In this document: piece after piece, positions 46,784-58,300 of the stretch | How the letters are laid out: each line of letters begins with the position of its first letter | Numbering within the stretch: the first letter of the stretch is position 1 | IMG/VR virus record: IMGVR_UViG_3300047157_000197 | Coordinates: 1 to 64,000 of that record | Direction: 5' to 3' (one strand) | Length of the DNA stretch: 64,000 bases | The notes under the pieces: generated by a model | Databases searched by the model: none | Told to the model about the DNA's origin: nothing | Seen by the model: only the letters and a program-made list of their open reading frames with translations | Position numbers and translations under genes: made by a program

Positions 46784-48205
46784 ATGTCGTTCCAAGTATT
46801 CAAAACAAATATGAGTTTATGGATGCAAACACCAGATAAACTAGCTACTGGTAATGCAGAATCATATCAAGATTTCGCGGATAAATTAACCGCAGAATAT
46901 GATATTGCCGTAAAAAGTGGTTACCAAACAATTAATTTGGTTAGGGTAAGTAAAGGTAATACCGAATTAATGAAATCATTAATAACTATTGCGTGTTTAA
47001 CTGCATTAAATAAACAAGAGGGTAAACATAACTTTATAGATGAAATTGGAAAAGCCGTATTAGGTTATTGGACAGGGTGTCAACTAACATCAGGTATACC
47101 ACCACTACTTCCTGCATTTGGAGCAATAAGAAATATATCAACAATATACGCGTTTTGTAGTTCACCTGGTACTTGGACACCAACTGGTTTAAACGAACCA
47201 ACTGATGATAGTGATATATTTTTAGATAATCTTATAAGTGCTATGTTAATACATTTAACAAGTTTAAATTTTATTTATTTTACATTATCAATATATCCAG
47301 GTCCTGTAACACCACCTGCACCTGGTTTTTTATTTTCACAAGGTTATACAATTTCACCTTCAACCAAATCACCTGTGAATTTAATACAAATAGTTGAGGA
47401 AATAATAAACACACAAGTTACCGATACATCAGATACCTTAACTGAAAAAGAAATTACATTATATAAACAAGAAAAGGAAAGTGCACAAACTATTATTAAT
47501 GATGATGCACAACCAGAACAAGCAAAACAAGTTGCAGAAGAATTTACTAAAAGAGTAACACAATTAATATCAACAAAAGCACATGATTCTACTCCTGTTT
47601 TTTATTCCGAAGAAGAACTTAAACAAATTGATGCACTACAACCAGATGAGTTTAAATGTGAAAGTGGAAGAAGGGTTGTAGAAATTGCAAGAGGTGATAT
47701 TGGAATATGTGAATATAAAAACAGAAACTATGGTGGGTTTGGGCCAGGAGAACAAAGAAATGCCTCTGGTAGAATTGATGAAATGGTAAACACGACTGGA
47801 TTGGATAATGAAGGAAATGTACAAAGAACAGGTAAAGGATATTTTTGGTGTGCAGGAGCAACAAGTCAATGGTGGAAAGATGCGGGATTATCATTACCTA
47901 CTTATAATTCAACAGGTGGTCCTGCCTTATGTAATCGTTGGTTAGAGTGGGGTAGAGAAAACGGTTATTTTTCTTCAATACCAAAAGAGGGTGCTGCTAT
48001 TTTATATAGAGGTGGACGAAAGCCAGGAGCTGTTCACATTGGTATTGTAGAAAGTATTATTCCAGGTATTGGTGTTGGAACCATAGAAGGAAACACAAGT
48101 GGTGGTGCAGCTTTTGCTGATAATGGGGGTGGATGTTATCGAAAAGTAGCCAAATGGAGTAAAGGAAATATTATAGGTTTTGTAAATCCACCCGATTGCG
48201 TATAA
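46784..48205 (+). CDS. Structural protein with C-terminal CHAP amidase domain
   Basis: FWCAGATS (Cys), HIGIV (His), TIEGNTS. Confidence 0.75.
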   Translation: MSFQVFKTNMSLWMQTPDKLATGNAESYQDFADKLTAEYDIAVKSGYQTINLVRVSKGNTELMKSLITIACLTALNKQEGKHNFIDEIGKAVLGYWTGCQLTSGIPPLLPAFGAIRNISTIYAFCSSPGTWTPTGLNEPTDDSDIFLDNLISAMLIHLTSLNFIYFTLSIYPGPVTPPAPGFLFSQGYTISPSTKSPVNLIQIVEEIINTQVTDTSDTLTEKEITLYKQEKESAQTIINDDAQPEQAKQVAEEFTKRVTQLISTKAHDSTPVFYSEEELKQIDALQPDEFKCESGRRVVEIARGDIGICEYKNRNYGGFGPGEQRNASGRIDEMVNTTGLDNEGNVQRTGKGYFWCAGATSQWWKDAGLSLPTYNSTGGPALCNRWLEWGRENGYFSSIPKEGAAILYRGGRKPGAVHIGIVESIIPGIGVGTIEGNTSGGAAFADNGGGCYRKVAKWSKGNIIGFVNPPDCV

Positions 48206-48225
48206 CCATAAAATTAATACTAATA

Positions 48226-48233
48226 TATTTATA
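48226..48233 (+). promoter_or_regulatory. Putative late promoter TATTTATA
   Basis: 21 nt before ATG 48255. Confidence 0.5.
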
Positions 48234-48254
48234 TTCAGACAAACACAATTTAAA

Positions 48255-48845
48255 ATGAACAACAAACAATTAATAAAAGTAATAAAGACTCTTGTTGAGG
48301 TAGAAACTGCCAAACAACAAGAACGTTTTTTATCGAAAACTTTTCCAAAGATATTGGCAGAGGAAGTAAATAAAAGATTAGCAGAGATGAAGGGAGGTGT
48401 AGTCAGCGTTCCCTCTCCGCAAGTAGTTGTAGAGAATGTGATAGACCCATTTGAACAAGCAGAACTTGCACTTGAGGAACAAAGACAAGCACCAACAAAA
48501 AAACTTTCAAACAATCCAATATTGAATGAGGTTTTAAATAATACAAAACCCTTTTCAAAAGCACAGAGAAGTTCAACACCAGGTGGAGGTAAATCAGTAT
48601 TAGATAATCTACCACAACAACAACCAATTCAAGAGAGTATGGATAAAACTGTTGAGTTTACTTCTCAAGGAGCTGGAGCTGGAGTTGGAGGATTGAGAAC
48701 TCAGATGGCTCATAAAATGGGATATGGTGAGGTTACAACAAGACAAAATAAAACAGGTCTTGGAGTACAAACAGGATTACCTGGTCTTGATAAAATATTA
48801 AATAGAGATAATTCTGAACTTGTAAAAAAGTTTAAAACTAGATAG
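48255..48845 (+). CDS. Hypothetical late protein
   Basis: 196 aa; LNEVLNNT and LNRDNSELVKK motifs. Confidence 0.65.
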   Translation: MNNKQLIKVIKTLVEVETAKQQERFLSKTFPKILAEEVNKRLAEMKGGVVSVPSPQVVVENVIDPFEQAELALEEQRQAPTKKLSNNPILNEVLNNTKPFSKAQRSSTPGGGKSVLDNLPQQQPIQESMDKTVEFTSQGAGAGVGGLRTQMAHKMGYGEVTTRQNKTGLGVQTGLPGLDKILNRDNSELVKKFKTR

Positions 48846-48855
48846 GGAGTAAACA

Positions 48856-49287
48856 ATGGCTTATATTCTTGATAAAAAAGTAGTAACCGATACTGAGGAG
48901 TTTTCAAATCAGGCATATGGTATCACCTTACCAGTACAACGAGGTAATACTGGTTATTTTTCTCAAGCGTTTAGTTCATTCGAGCAGGCAAAAAGTAATT
49001 TAAGAAATTTACTTTTAACAAGAAAGGGAGAAAGAATATTTCAACCAAATTTTGGTTCTGGTATTCATGAGTTATTATTTGAACAATCAACTAATGACCT
49101 TGAATCAAGATTACAAGAAAATATAACAGATAGTGTAAACTTTTGGTTACCATATATAAACATAGATACCATAGATGTAAATATGACTGATGAAATGAAA
49201 GATAGATATACTGCAGAAATGAAAGTACAATTTACAGTTGGTAATGTATATGAACCACAAGAAATAACATTTTTAGTTGAGGGATAA
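48856..49287 (+). CDS. Baseplate wedge subunit, T4 gp25-like
   Basis: SNLRNLLLTRKGERIFQPNFGS...FWLPYI. Confidence 0.85.
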   Translation: MAYILDKKVVTDTEEFSNQAYGITLPVQRGNTGYFSQAFSSFEQAKSNLRNLLLTRKGERIFQPNFGSGIHELLFEQSTNDLESRLQENITDSVNFWLPYINIDTIDVNMTDEMKDRYTAEMKVQFTVGNVYEPQEITFLVEG

Positions 49288-49293
49288 TAAAAC

Positions 49294-51318
49294 ATGGCAT
49301 TAAATAGTATAAATAGAAATCCAAATAGTGGTAGAGATATTAAGTATCTTAATAAAGATTTTTCTCAATTTAGACAAAATCTAATTGAGTACGCAAAAAC
49401 TTATTTCCCAACAACCTATTCAGATTTTAATGAAGCATCACCTGGAATGATGTTTATAGAAATGGCATCATATCTTGGAGATGTACTTTCATATTATACA
49501 GATGATACTTTAAAAGAATCGTTAATAACAACAGCAGAAGATAGAGAGAACATAATTGCACTGGCCGAGTACTTGGGTTATAAACCAAAAGTAACCTCTC
49601 CAGCGATTGTTAAATTGAGTGTATATCAAACAGTTCCAGTCATTGGTGCAGGTACAACCGAAGTTAGACCCGATGATAGATATTATTTAAGAATACCAGA
49701 AGGAATGACAGTAACTGCCACAACTCAAGGACAACAATTTAGAAGTACTGAAATGGTAGATTTTGCATCTGAGGATGATAGAGAAGTTTCAATTTATAGA
49801 ACGGATGATGATGGAGAACCAACTCTTTATTTAATTAAAAAATATGTAAATGCAATATCAGGTCAATTGGTAAGTGTAACTCATAATTTTGGTTCATCTC
49901 CTTCTCAATTTTCTAAAATACCTTTAGTTGAAAATAATATAATAGATATTGTAGATGTAAGAGATTCCAATGGAAATAAATGGTATCATGTTCCTTACCT
50001 AGCACAAGAAATGGTTTTTTCTGACTACGCAACAAGTGATACAACAGATAAAGAGTTAGCACAATTTAAAGAATCGGTACCAAGTATTTTAAAAACTTTA
50101 AAAACAACGAGAAGATTTACAACAAAAGTAAATGCAGATAATACAACAACTCTTGTATTTGGTGCAGGAAACTCAACTTCATCAGATGAGCAATTAATTC
50201 CAAACTTTAAAAATGTTGGTTTAGGATTAAAATCTTCAATTGATAATTTAGGTGCATCTTTTGACCCATCAAATTTTTTAAAAACAACATCATACGGACA
50301 GGCACCAACTGGTGAATTTACAATTGATTATATTATAGGTGGTGGAGTTGGTTCTAATGTTGGTGTTGGAGAATTGGTACAACTAGATAGAATAACTTTT
50401 CAAGATGATAGAGAAACCTTTACAACAGATGCAGAAAGACGTTTACTACAACAATGTAAAAATTCAGTAGCATGTGATAACGAGGAAGCTGGTACAGGTG
50501 GTAAGGGTGCAGATACATCCGATGAAATTAAACAAAACGCATTAGCTAATTTTGGTTCACAAAATAGAGCAGTAACAAGAAAAGATTACCAAGTAAGAGC
50601 ACTTTCATTACCTGCAAAGTATGGTGGAATTGCTAAAGCATATTGTGCACCAGATGGTGAACTTGATAACAACTCACCTTCTTCTATTCTTACAGATAAA
50701 AATTCTTTAGAAGAATTTGTAGGATTGGTAGAACAATTAAAAGATTCAGATTCATCTCAGCAAGAAATTAAAAATAGAGTTGTAAAATATCTTGGTAGTA
50801 AAAAGAAAAACATAACTGAAAAAAATAACCCATTTGCAATTAACTTATATGTTTTAGGATATAATTCAGATAAAAATCTTTCAACATTAAATCAAGCTAT
50901 TAAAGAAAATTTAAAAACATATATAAGTGAATATAGAATGTTAACAGATGGTATTAATATTTTAAATGGATTTATTATTAACATTGGTGTTGAATTTGAA
51001 ATAAAAGTTTACAATGGGTATAATAAAAGACAAGTACTTACAAGAACTCAGATAGAAATACAAAATTATTTCAATATTGATAAATGGGCATTTAATATGC
51101 CAATTAATATTTCTGAGGTAGAGTTATTAATAGCAGGTGTAGAGGGAGTTCAATCTGTACCAAAGTGTGAAATCGTTAACAAATGTTTAGGAAACTATTC
51201 ACAAAATTCATATAACATAATAGATGCAACTAAAGGTAAGATAGTTTATCCATCTTTAGACCCATCGATATTTGAAGTTAAGTTTCCAAATAAAGATATA
51301 AGAGGGAGAGTAGTATAA
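49294..51318 (+). CDS. Baseplate wedge subunit, T4 gp6-like
   Basis: DFSQFRQNL, SDFNEASPGMMFIE, YLGYKP, QNRAVTRKDY. Confidence 0.85.
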   Translation: MALNSINRNPNSGRDIKYLNKDFSQFRQNLIEYAKTYFPTTYSDFNEASPGMMFIEMASYLGDVLSYYTDDTLKESLITTAEDRENIIALAEYLGYKPKVTSPAIVKLSVYQTVPVIGAGTTEVRPDDRYYLRIPEGMTVTATTQGQQFRSTEMVDFASEDDREVSIYRTDDDGEPTLYLIKKYVNAISGQLVSVTHNFGSSPSQFSKIPLVENNIIDIVDVRDSNGNKWYHVPYLAQEMVFSDYATSDTTDKELAQFKESVPSILKTLKTTRRFTTKVNADNTTTLVFGAGNSTSSDEQLIPNFKNVGLGLKSSIDNLGASFDPSNFLKTTSYGQAPTGEFTIDYIIGGGVGSNVGVGELVQLDRITFQDDRETFTTDAERRLLQQCKNSVACDNEEAGTGGKGADTSDEIKQNALANFGSQNRAVTRKDYQVRALSLPAKYGGIAKAYCAPDGELDNNSPSSILTDKNSLEEFVGLVEQLKDSDSSQQEIKNRVVKYLGSKKKNITEKNNPFAINLYVLGYNSDKNLSTLNQAIKENLKTYISEYRMLTDGINILNGFIINIGVEFEIKVYNGYNKRQVLTRTQIEIQNYFNIDKWAFNMPINISEVELLIAGVEGVQSVPKCEIVNKCLGNYSQNSYNIIDATKGKIVYPSLDPSIFEVKFPNKDIRGRVV

Positions 51319-52376
51319 TGTATTATTTTGTAACAGCATCCAAAGATTCAACAATTTATCTTCAACAACCAGGTCAAAATACTGGTAGAGATGAGATATT
51401 AGAAATATCTAAAATTTATTATGGTAATCTTAAAGATATTGCTCGTTCTTTAATTAAATTTGATACAGCACCACTATCTGAATCTATTGCAAGTGGAGAA
51501 ATAACAATGAGTTCTGCAGAAATGCTTTTAACACATTGTGTAGGAACTGAAATACCAAATGAATATACAATTTATGCATATCCTATATCGCAATCATGGG
51601 ATATGGGTATTGGAACACGATTTGATAAGATTTCAACCGATGGAGTATCTTGGAATAGTAGAAAAACATCTACTTCTTGGATAATTGGTTCGGCATCATT
51701 AGAAAGTTCAGGTTCATATAATGGTAAAGGTGGGGTATGGTACACTGGTTCTTCCGCAAGTCAATTATTTAATTACGAATCAACTGATATTTCAATGGAT
51801 GTATCTCAATCAATATCATCATGGGTTGAGGGAGATTTACCAAACGAAGGATTTATATTAAAACATGATTCTGCTAAAGAAAACGATACGATTGATTATG
51901 GACAATTAAAATTCTTTTCAAAAGAAACAAATACTATATATCAACCGAAATTAAGAATTGGATGGGATGATTCTAGTTTTATAACTGGTTCACTAACAGA
52001 ACTTACATCTGATGATATTCATGTTACTTTTAAAAGATTAAAAACTAGATATAAAGTTGGAAGCAAACCAGAAATTAGAGTTTTCGGTAGAGAAAAATAC
52101 CCACTTAAAACTTATGCAAATGAATATGCTTATACAGATGTTTATTATTTACCAACTTCAAGTTATTATCAAGTTAAAGATATAGTTACGGATGACGTAG
52201 TTGTGCCTTTTGGAGATTATACAAAATTATCTTGTGATTCAAATGGAAATTATTTTAAACTTAATTTAACAAATTGGGAATATAATAGAGATTATTATTT
52301 AGAAATTAAAATAGATAGAGATGGTGTAGTTGAATACTTTGTAGATAAAGATTTAACTTTTACTGTGGAAAAATAA
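51318..52376 (+). CDS. Structural protein (DNRLRE-like beta domain plus Ig-like tail)
   Basis: KDSTIY...NTG.DEILEI...RSLIKFD...FFSKET..QPKLRI. Confidence 0.55.
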   Translation: MYYFVTASKDSTIYLQQPGQNTGRDEILEISKIYYGNLKDIARSLIKFDTAPLSESIASGEITMSSAEMLLTHCVGTEIPNEYTIYAYPISQSWDMGIGTRFDKISTDGVSWNSRKTSTSWIIGSASLESSGSYNGKGGVWYTGSSASQLFNYESTDISMDVSQSISSWVEGDLPNEGFILKHDSAKENDTIDYGQLKFFSKETNTIYQPKLRIGWDDSSFITGSLTELTSDDIHVTFKRLKTRYKVGSKPEIRVFGREKYPLKTYANEYAYTDVYYLPTSSYYQVKDIVTDDVVVPFGDYTKLSCDSNGNYFKLNLTNWEYNRDYYLEIKIDRDGVVEYFVDKDLTFTVEK

Positions 52377-52377
52377 G

Positions 52378-53568
52378 ATGGCATTAACTGATAAATTTAG
52401 AATCAACGAACTTGCACAAAAAGGTTCCAAGGTAGAGAGAAGAACTACTTCTGGTAAAATTCTTGTGCAAAAACTAGATGGAAAAGAAATCAGGCCTAAG
52501 AATATAGAAGAACAAAAACCATTTGGTGATGTAGTAATTAAAGCAAAAAATCAAAACCCAAAGTTTAAATCAGAACTTAATGAGGTTGATATTACACCAA
52601 ATATAGAACAAACTTCTTTTAGTGGTGAATCTACTGGTTATGTAGAGAAACCAAAATATAATGAAGAAGAATTAAAAAAGGCAGTAGATGTTAAGGTTGA
52701 TGAGTTAATTAAAAAAAAGAAACCCAAAAGAGGACCATATATACTTAAATCAAAATATGATGATTTACGAAAAAAATATGAAGATGCTCTGGCACAAATA
52801 GCTGATTTAAGAAAACAACTTAATACTGCACTTGCAGAAATTGAAAGATTAAATGGAGTTGTTGAACAATTAAAAGTAGAAGTTGATTCTGCAAAATTAC
52901 AACAAGCAGCAGCAGAAAACCAATTACAAGCAGCAAACAATAGATACATTACACTATTAAGTGATTTCCAACAAGCAATTATTAAAGGTACTAAGGAAGC
53001 AATAGAGAGAGTATCATTAGAAGCACAAGTACGAGGATTACAGGCACAAAAAGAAACTTTAATTAGAATAGAAGAACAAGAAGAAGCAGCACAAGAGGAA
53101 ACAGCAATAAGAGCAAACCTAAGTGGACCTGATAATTCATATGACCAAAAAGGAGATACTGGTTGGAAAGTACCCGAACCACATCAAGACCCGAGTTTAT
53201 TTGAAACTAGACAAATTCATTTTAGAAGTAACAGAGGAGGTTCAGGTTGGAGTGGTTTAGATTCACTTGAATTATATAACTTTAGTGAAGAAGCAGAAAC
53301 TACATGGTCTATTTCAGTAGTAGCAGGACAAGGTGGTCATGGAACACCATGGTTAGGTTTTTCAAAAAGTAATGGTACAATACCACCAAGAAGTGGTGAA
53401 ACACCTGGTAAGGTTGAAATAGATGCGGTGAAAGTTAGAGCAGTGAATTCCCCTAAAGGTAGAAGAAAAGAATTTACAGATGATATTACACTAACTATTG
53501 GTCAAGATACTTATAACTTAAAAGGTATATTTTATAGAAAACTTAGAAAAGGCGGCGACGGAAACTAA
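52378..53568 (+). CDS. Structural protein with long coiled coil
   Basis: Long Ala/Gln/Glu heptad run, then beta-rich C-terminus. Confidence 0.6.
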   Translation: MALTDKFRINELAQKGSKVERRTTSGKILVQKLDGKEIRPKNIEEQKPFGDVVIKAKNQNPKFKSELNEVDITPNIEQTSFSGESTGYVEKPKYNEEELKKAVDVKVDELIKKKKPKRGPYILKSKYDDLRKKYEDALAQIADLRKQLNTALAEIERLNGVVEQLKVEVDSAKLQQAAAENQLQAANNRYITLLSDFQQAIIKGTKEAIERVSLEAQVRGLQAQKETLIRIEEQEEAAQEETAIRANLSGPDNSYDQKGDTGWKVPEPHQDPSLFETRQIHFRSNRGGSGWSGLDSLELYNFSEEAETTWSISVVAGQGGHGTPWLGFSKSNGTIPPRSGETPGKVEIDAVKVRAVNSPKGRRKEFTDDITLTIGQDTYNLKGIFYRKLRKGGDGN

Positions 53569-55292
53569 TGGCAATAAAAGATTTTAAAGACATAGAGGGA
53601 AGAAAGGGTTATCTTGTAGAACAAGAAGATAGAAAAATATTTCAAAAAGAAATATCAAAGGCTAACTTTGGTCTTGGGTGTGCCGATATGATTGAGTTTA
53701 TACTTTATGATGTGAGTGATAATAAGTTACCACAAGGTGATACTGGTAATCTTGTAAGATATATTCATTTAGATGATGCAAATATTTCTAAATATTTTTT
53801 AATATCGGATAACATTCTTACTAAAAAAATAGGAGATGTGCCGGAATTTGTGGTAGATTTAGAAGCTCTAATAAAAGAGGCTGGATATAATAATGGTATT
53901 TTTAAAACACAAGTTACTCTTTTAAATCGTAGATTAGGAGAAGAACTTCTTGATTCTAATAAATTATGGATACATGAAATTGCACCATCAAGGACTGAAA
54001 TTAGAGTTTTACCAATTAGAGCAAAAGAAGAAAATAAAGATTTAGAAAAAAGATATAGTGTTTTTACAGAAGGTGATACTTTTAGAGATGATGTAATTTA
54101 TCATATTGAAAAATTTATAGAAAGTTTTGATATAGAAAAAATCATAACAAAATTTTTACTTTCAAAAGGAACTGAGAGTGATGGTAAAAACTATATCAAT
54201 AAAATAAAACAAGAATTTAAAATTCAAAATTTTGATATCTTTATGTACCAAATTGAAACAAAATTAATCGAATCAATGAAGTATTACGCAAACAGAAGAG
54301 TTTGGAATATAAATGATATTAATTATGGTAAACCAACCGAAGAACAAGATTGTATAGAATTATCAGTTAAAAAATTAAAACAAGATACAATTACTGCTCT
54401 AATTAATTCAATTGATTTTAATTTACCAAAAAGAACTATTCAAGATAATAGTGTACTTACTAAGGAAGAACAAATAACTTTAGATAAGGTAAAACAAATA
54501 TTAAAAAGTTCAACATCAGATAATATTTATGATACAACCGTACCTCCAAATGAGGTCAAAGGTTGTACAGACCCAAAAGCACTTAATTTTAATGAGGCAG
54601 CAACAGTTAATGATGGTACTTGTGAGTATAGAGATACAATAGTTATAAAAGGGTGTACTAATCCAAAAGCTACAAACTATAACCCTAAGGCAAATGAAGA
54701 TGATGGTAGTTGTACATTTGAAAGCAATACAGAAACAAAAATATGGTATATTTGGTCTGATATTGCATCATTCGAATATAGAGATGAGTTTGATGTGTTA
54801 CAAACAATAAATGGAGGAGAATATGATTCATTTAAAGTAGCACAAAAAAAGAATTCATTTAAGATAGTAACTGGTGATGTTAGAGATTATGCAAAAACAA
54901 GACCACAAACTACATTAAAAAAGTATAGTATAAAAAACACAGACGGAATCGATGAATACGGTGAAGACATATATGGAAGCCAATTAAACTCAGCGTTTAG
55001 TGCACAATATATGGATGCAAATGGAGAACCTCGTGATACTAATCTGATTTACCAAGGAGAAAGTATTACTATCTGTGCAGAAAAAGATAGTATAACATAT
55101 CCTCCTAATTTAAAAGTTACATTATTAGGAGAGTGTGATACACAAATTAGTCCAGGCGGTGGAAGTACTAGTGGTGGAAGTGGAAATAACTCAGGTCCTC
55201 TTGGTGGAGGGAGTGGTAGAGATATACCAGTTCCAGGTGATGGCGATGTAGTAGTAGATTACAATGATTTAAACATAAAAAATTACAGATAA
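53568..55292 (+). CDS. Baseplate/tail-associated protein with two Cys repeats
   Basis: EIAPSRTEIR motif; GCTDPKALNF...NDGTC and GCTNPKATNY...DDGSC. Confidence 0.6.
   Translation: MAIKDFKDIEGRKGYLVEQEDRKIFQKEISKANFGLGCADMIEFILYDVSDNKLPQGDTGNLVRYIHLDDANISKYFLISDNILTKKIGDVPEFVVDLEALIKEAGYNNGIFKTQVTLLNRRLGEELLDSNKLWIHEIAPSRTEIRVLPIRAKEENKDLEKRYSVFTEGDTFRDDVIYHIEKFIESFDIEKIITKFLLSKGTESDGKNYINKIKQEFKIQNFDIFMYQIETKLIESMKYYANRRVWNINDINYGKPTEEQDCIELSVKKLKQDTITALINSIDFNLPKRTIQDNSVLTKEEQITLDKVKQILKSSTSDNIYDTTVPPNEVKGCTDPKALNFNEAATVNDGTCEYRDTIVIKGCTNPKATNYNPKANEDDGSCTFESNTETKIWYIWSDIASFEYRDEFDVLQTINGGEYDSFKVAQKKNSFKIVTGDVRDYAKTRPQTTLKKYSIKNTDGIDEYGEDIYGSQLNSAFSAQYMDANGEPRDTNLIYQGESITICAEKDSITYPPNLKVTLLGECDTQISPGGGSTSGGSGNNSGPLGGGSGRDIPVPGDGDVVVDYNDLNIKNYR
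54561..54719 (+). repeat. Two tandem GCT[DN]P-x-A-x-N[FY]...DG[ST]C protein repeats
   Basis: Seen directly in the translation. Confidence 0.75.
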
Positions 55293-55309
55293 AAACTAGG
55301 GTAAAATAA

Positions 55310-58300
55310 ATGCCACATAATAATAGAGAACATATAAAACCAACCCAACGAGGGAAACGAAAAGGCCAAATCATTACTGATGGAGAGAAAGTTAATGGTC
55401 AAGTTGTGTATGGTACTTGGGAATGGAATGGAAGTCGATGGATTGATATTACAACCGATTCGGATGTATTTAGTAGAGATGAAGATGTAGATAAATCATC
55501 TGATAATCCAAGTAGTTCTAAAAATGGAGTTGATATATTTGATTCAAAGCTAACAGATGGTGATTCAAATACAAAAGGTAGTGATTTAGATACAGAAGAT
55601 AGTGATTTAAAGCCAGATGGTGAAAACCCACTTTCACTAGCTCCGAGTATAGAAATAACTGTTAAGGCAACCAAACCTTCAGCAATATTTATTGATGGAG
55701 AAGACACGCTATTACAAACATCTCATACATTTAATTATACGGCAAAAGAATTATTAACTCCAAAAATATTTACAGTTAAAGCAAGTGAAAGTTTTATATC
55801 AACGGATGTATATAAAGTTTCTGCAGTTCAAAAAGAATTTGGAAAAGGAGTTGAAGACTTAGACCTAGAGAATAAAAAAGGTTTGGTTAAATTTTCTTAC
55901 TATGAGTTTATAATATTAAAAAACAATAAAATATTTACAGAATTTACTCTAGACTATGATACCTTATTAGAAAATAGAGCAGCAACATTAGATTTTTCTA
56001 TTGATACTGATGGTACAGTAATCACACCAGAGCCAGAAAAAACATTAGTAGTAATTACATCAAATGTATCATCAAATGATATAATAAGATATCAAACAGC
56101 TCCTGATAATCAAACTGATTTTTTACTTGCTGAAGATGAAATTGAATTAGAGGTTACTTCAAATGTAAAAGATTTAGATAAATTTATTCAATTTTATGGT
56201 GTAGGAATTGATGATACAACTCATACAGTTGAATATACTATTAATACTCCAAATAATAGAGGAGGACAGACCGTAACTAATATTGATAGTGGAAAAGTAT
56301 TATTACAAGCAGGAACAACAAATATAACAGTTGATGCGATAAAAATACCACGAACTGATACACCAGGAATTCCACTTTTAAATATTTCTTCTAATCAATT
56401 AGTATATAACATAAATGGTGAAGAATTATTACAAATTCCATATAGAACTACTAATGCGGATTTAGTAGAATATTCAATAGGAAGTATTAAAAGACAAATT
56501 GGAAGTAGTGGTAGTATCACTCTAGATACAAAAGATTTTACAAACGGAGTTGGTACTTATACATTATATGCTCAAGCAAGAAGTTCTAATGGTGGTAGTG
56601 ATGTTAAAAAAATTATTATTGTTGTAGAAAGTAGAGAATATATACCTGGACCAGATATAACTCATATTAATTATCCACAAAATATTAAAGGAGCAGATTT
56701 TAAACAATTTAATGTCCCATTTAATGTTAGTTGGCAATCAATCAATACCGATTATATTAGAATCTATTCAGGAAAGTATGATGTTGAAGCTGAAAATAAC
56801 TATTACTTAGGTCAGTTTTCAGAATCAGGAGTTGCAACCTTTACTGTTGAAGATGTTTTAAGAAATGCAAGAAGAGAATTTTCTGAAGATGATAATATAT
56901 TACAATTTAAATTATTATTAGTTCCATTTAATTCTCAAGGTGATAAATTAACTGCTGGTAAAATAGAAGAAATAAATATTACATTTGATAAAGGTGATTT
57001 AGATTTAAGAAGAGGCGATGTAATTGGTGATATTAGAAAAGCATTTGAATATTGTTTTGATTATTCTGATTTTGATGAACCCACTTCACCATTCTTAACT
57101 CATTATTTACATTTAGGAGATGGAGATAATAAATTAATATCAACATATGGTATTGATGATGAAACGTTCTCAGAATATGAATTTGTAAATGATACAAATC
57201 AGAGAAAAAAGATTAAAGAAAATAAATCTATTGTTTTAAAATTATACGAACCTTTAGAAAATAAAATAGATGTAAACGATAAAATTTGGATTTCAAAAAT
57301 ACAATCAATACCTTTAATTGACCAAATAACACTATTAGATGATGTAACTTCTGATTGTATTCCATTAACACCAAATTTAAGTTTAGAATTAAATGATGAT
57401 ATTGGTTATCAAATTTATGATGATTTAGTAGCAAGTGGTTCAACATCATCAGAAGCAATAATACAAGAATTTGTTTCAGGTAGTGGATTCTCACTTGATA
57501 CACTTGAGTTAGAATATACATCGGGTAGTACTTACCAATGGGAAAATTTTGTAAAATACTCATCAGCAAAAGAAAGAGTTGCAAACTTTTATTATAAAAT
57601 AAAATTATTAGAATCACATAGAAGTAAACATGAATTACTTTCAAATGCTACTGGTTCTGCAGGTTCAGTTGCGAGTAAAAACGAACAAAAAAGAATACTT
57701 GGAAAAATATCTGAAATTAAACAAAACTTTGATGCATTTGAAAAACATCTTTATACTGTAAATGGTTCATTACAATACCCAAAAAATGGTAGTGTTGTTG
57801 GTGATATTAAACTTACCGATACTGGTAGTATAGTAAACCCATCTGATACCGCTGCAGTTAATTGGTATAATTCAATTTATACAGATGCAGCTTTATATGA
57901 TAGAAATAGCACAGAAAGATTAGTTAATAATTTACCAAGTCATATTCAAGAAGATGATAAAGGACAAGAATTTATTTTATTCTTTGATATGATTGGTCAA
58001 CATTTTGATATTTTATATCATTATATTAAACGATTATCTAAATCTAAAAAAACAGAAAACAAATTTGAAAATGGTATTATAAATGACTTAATGTATGAAA
58101 TGTTAAGTTCACTTGGTTGGGATGCCGATTTAGGATTATCATCAGAAACACTTTGGGAATATGCATTTGGTGAACATTCGGATGGTACAGAAATATCATC
58201 AATGTCAGGTAAAAGTAGACAAGAAGAAACTTGGAGAAGAATATTAAATAATTTACCATACCTATACAAACACAAAGGAACTAAAAGAGCTATTCACGCT

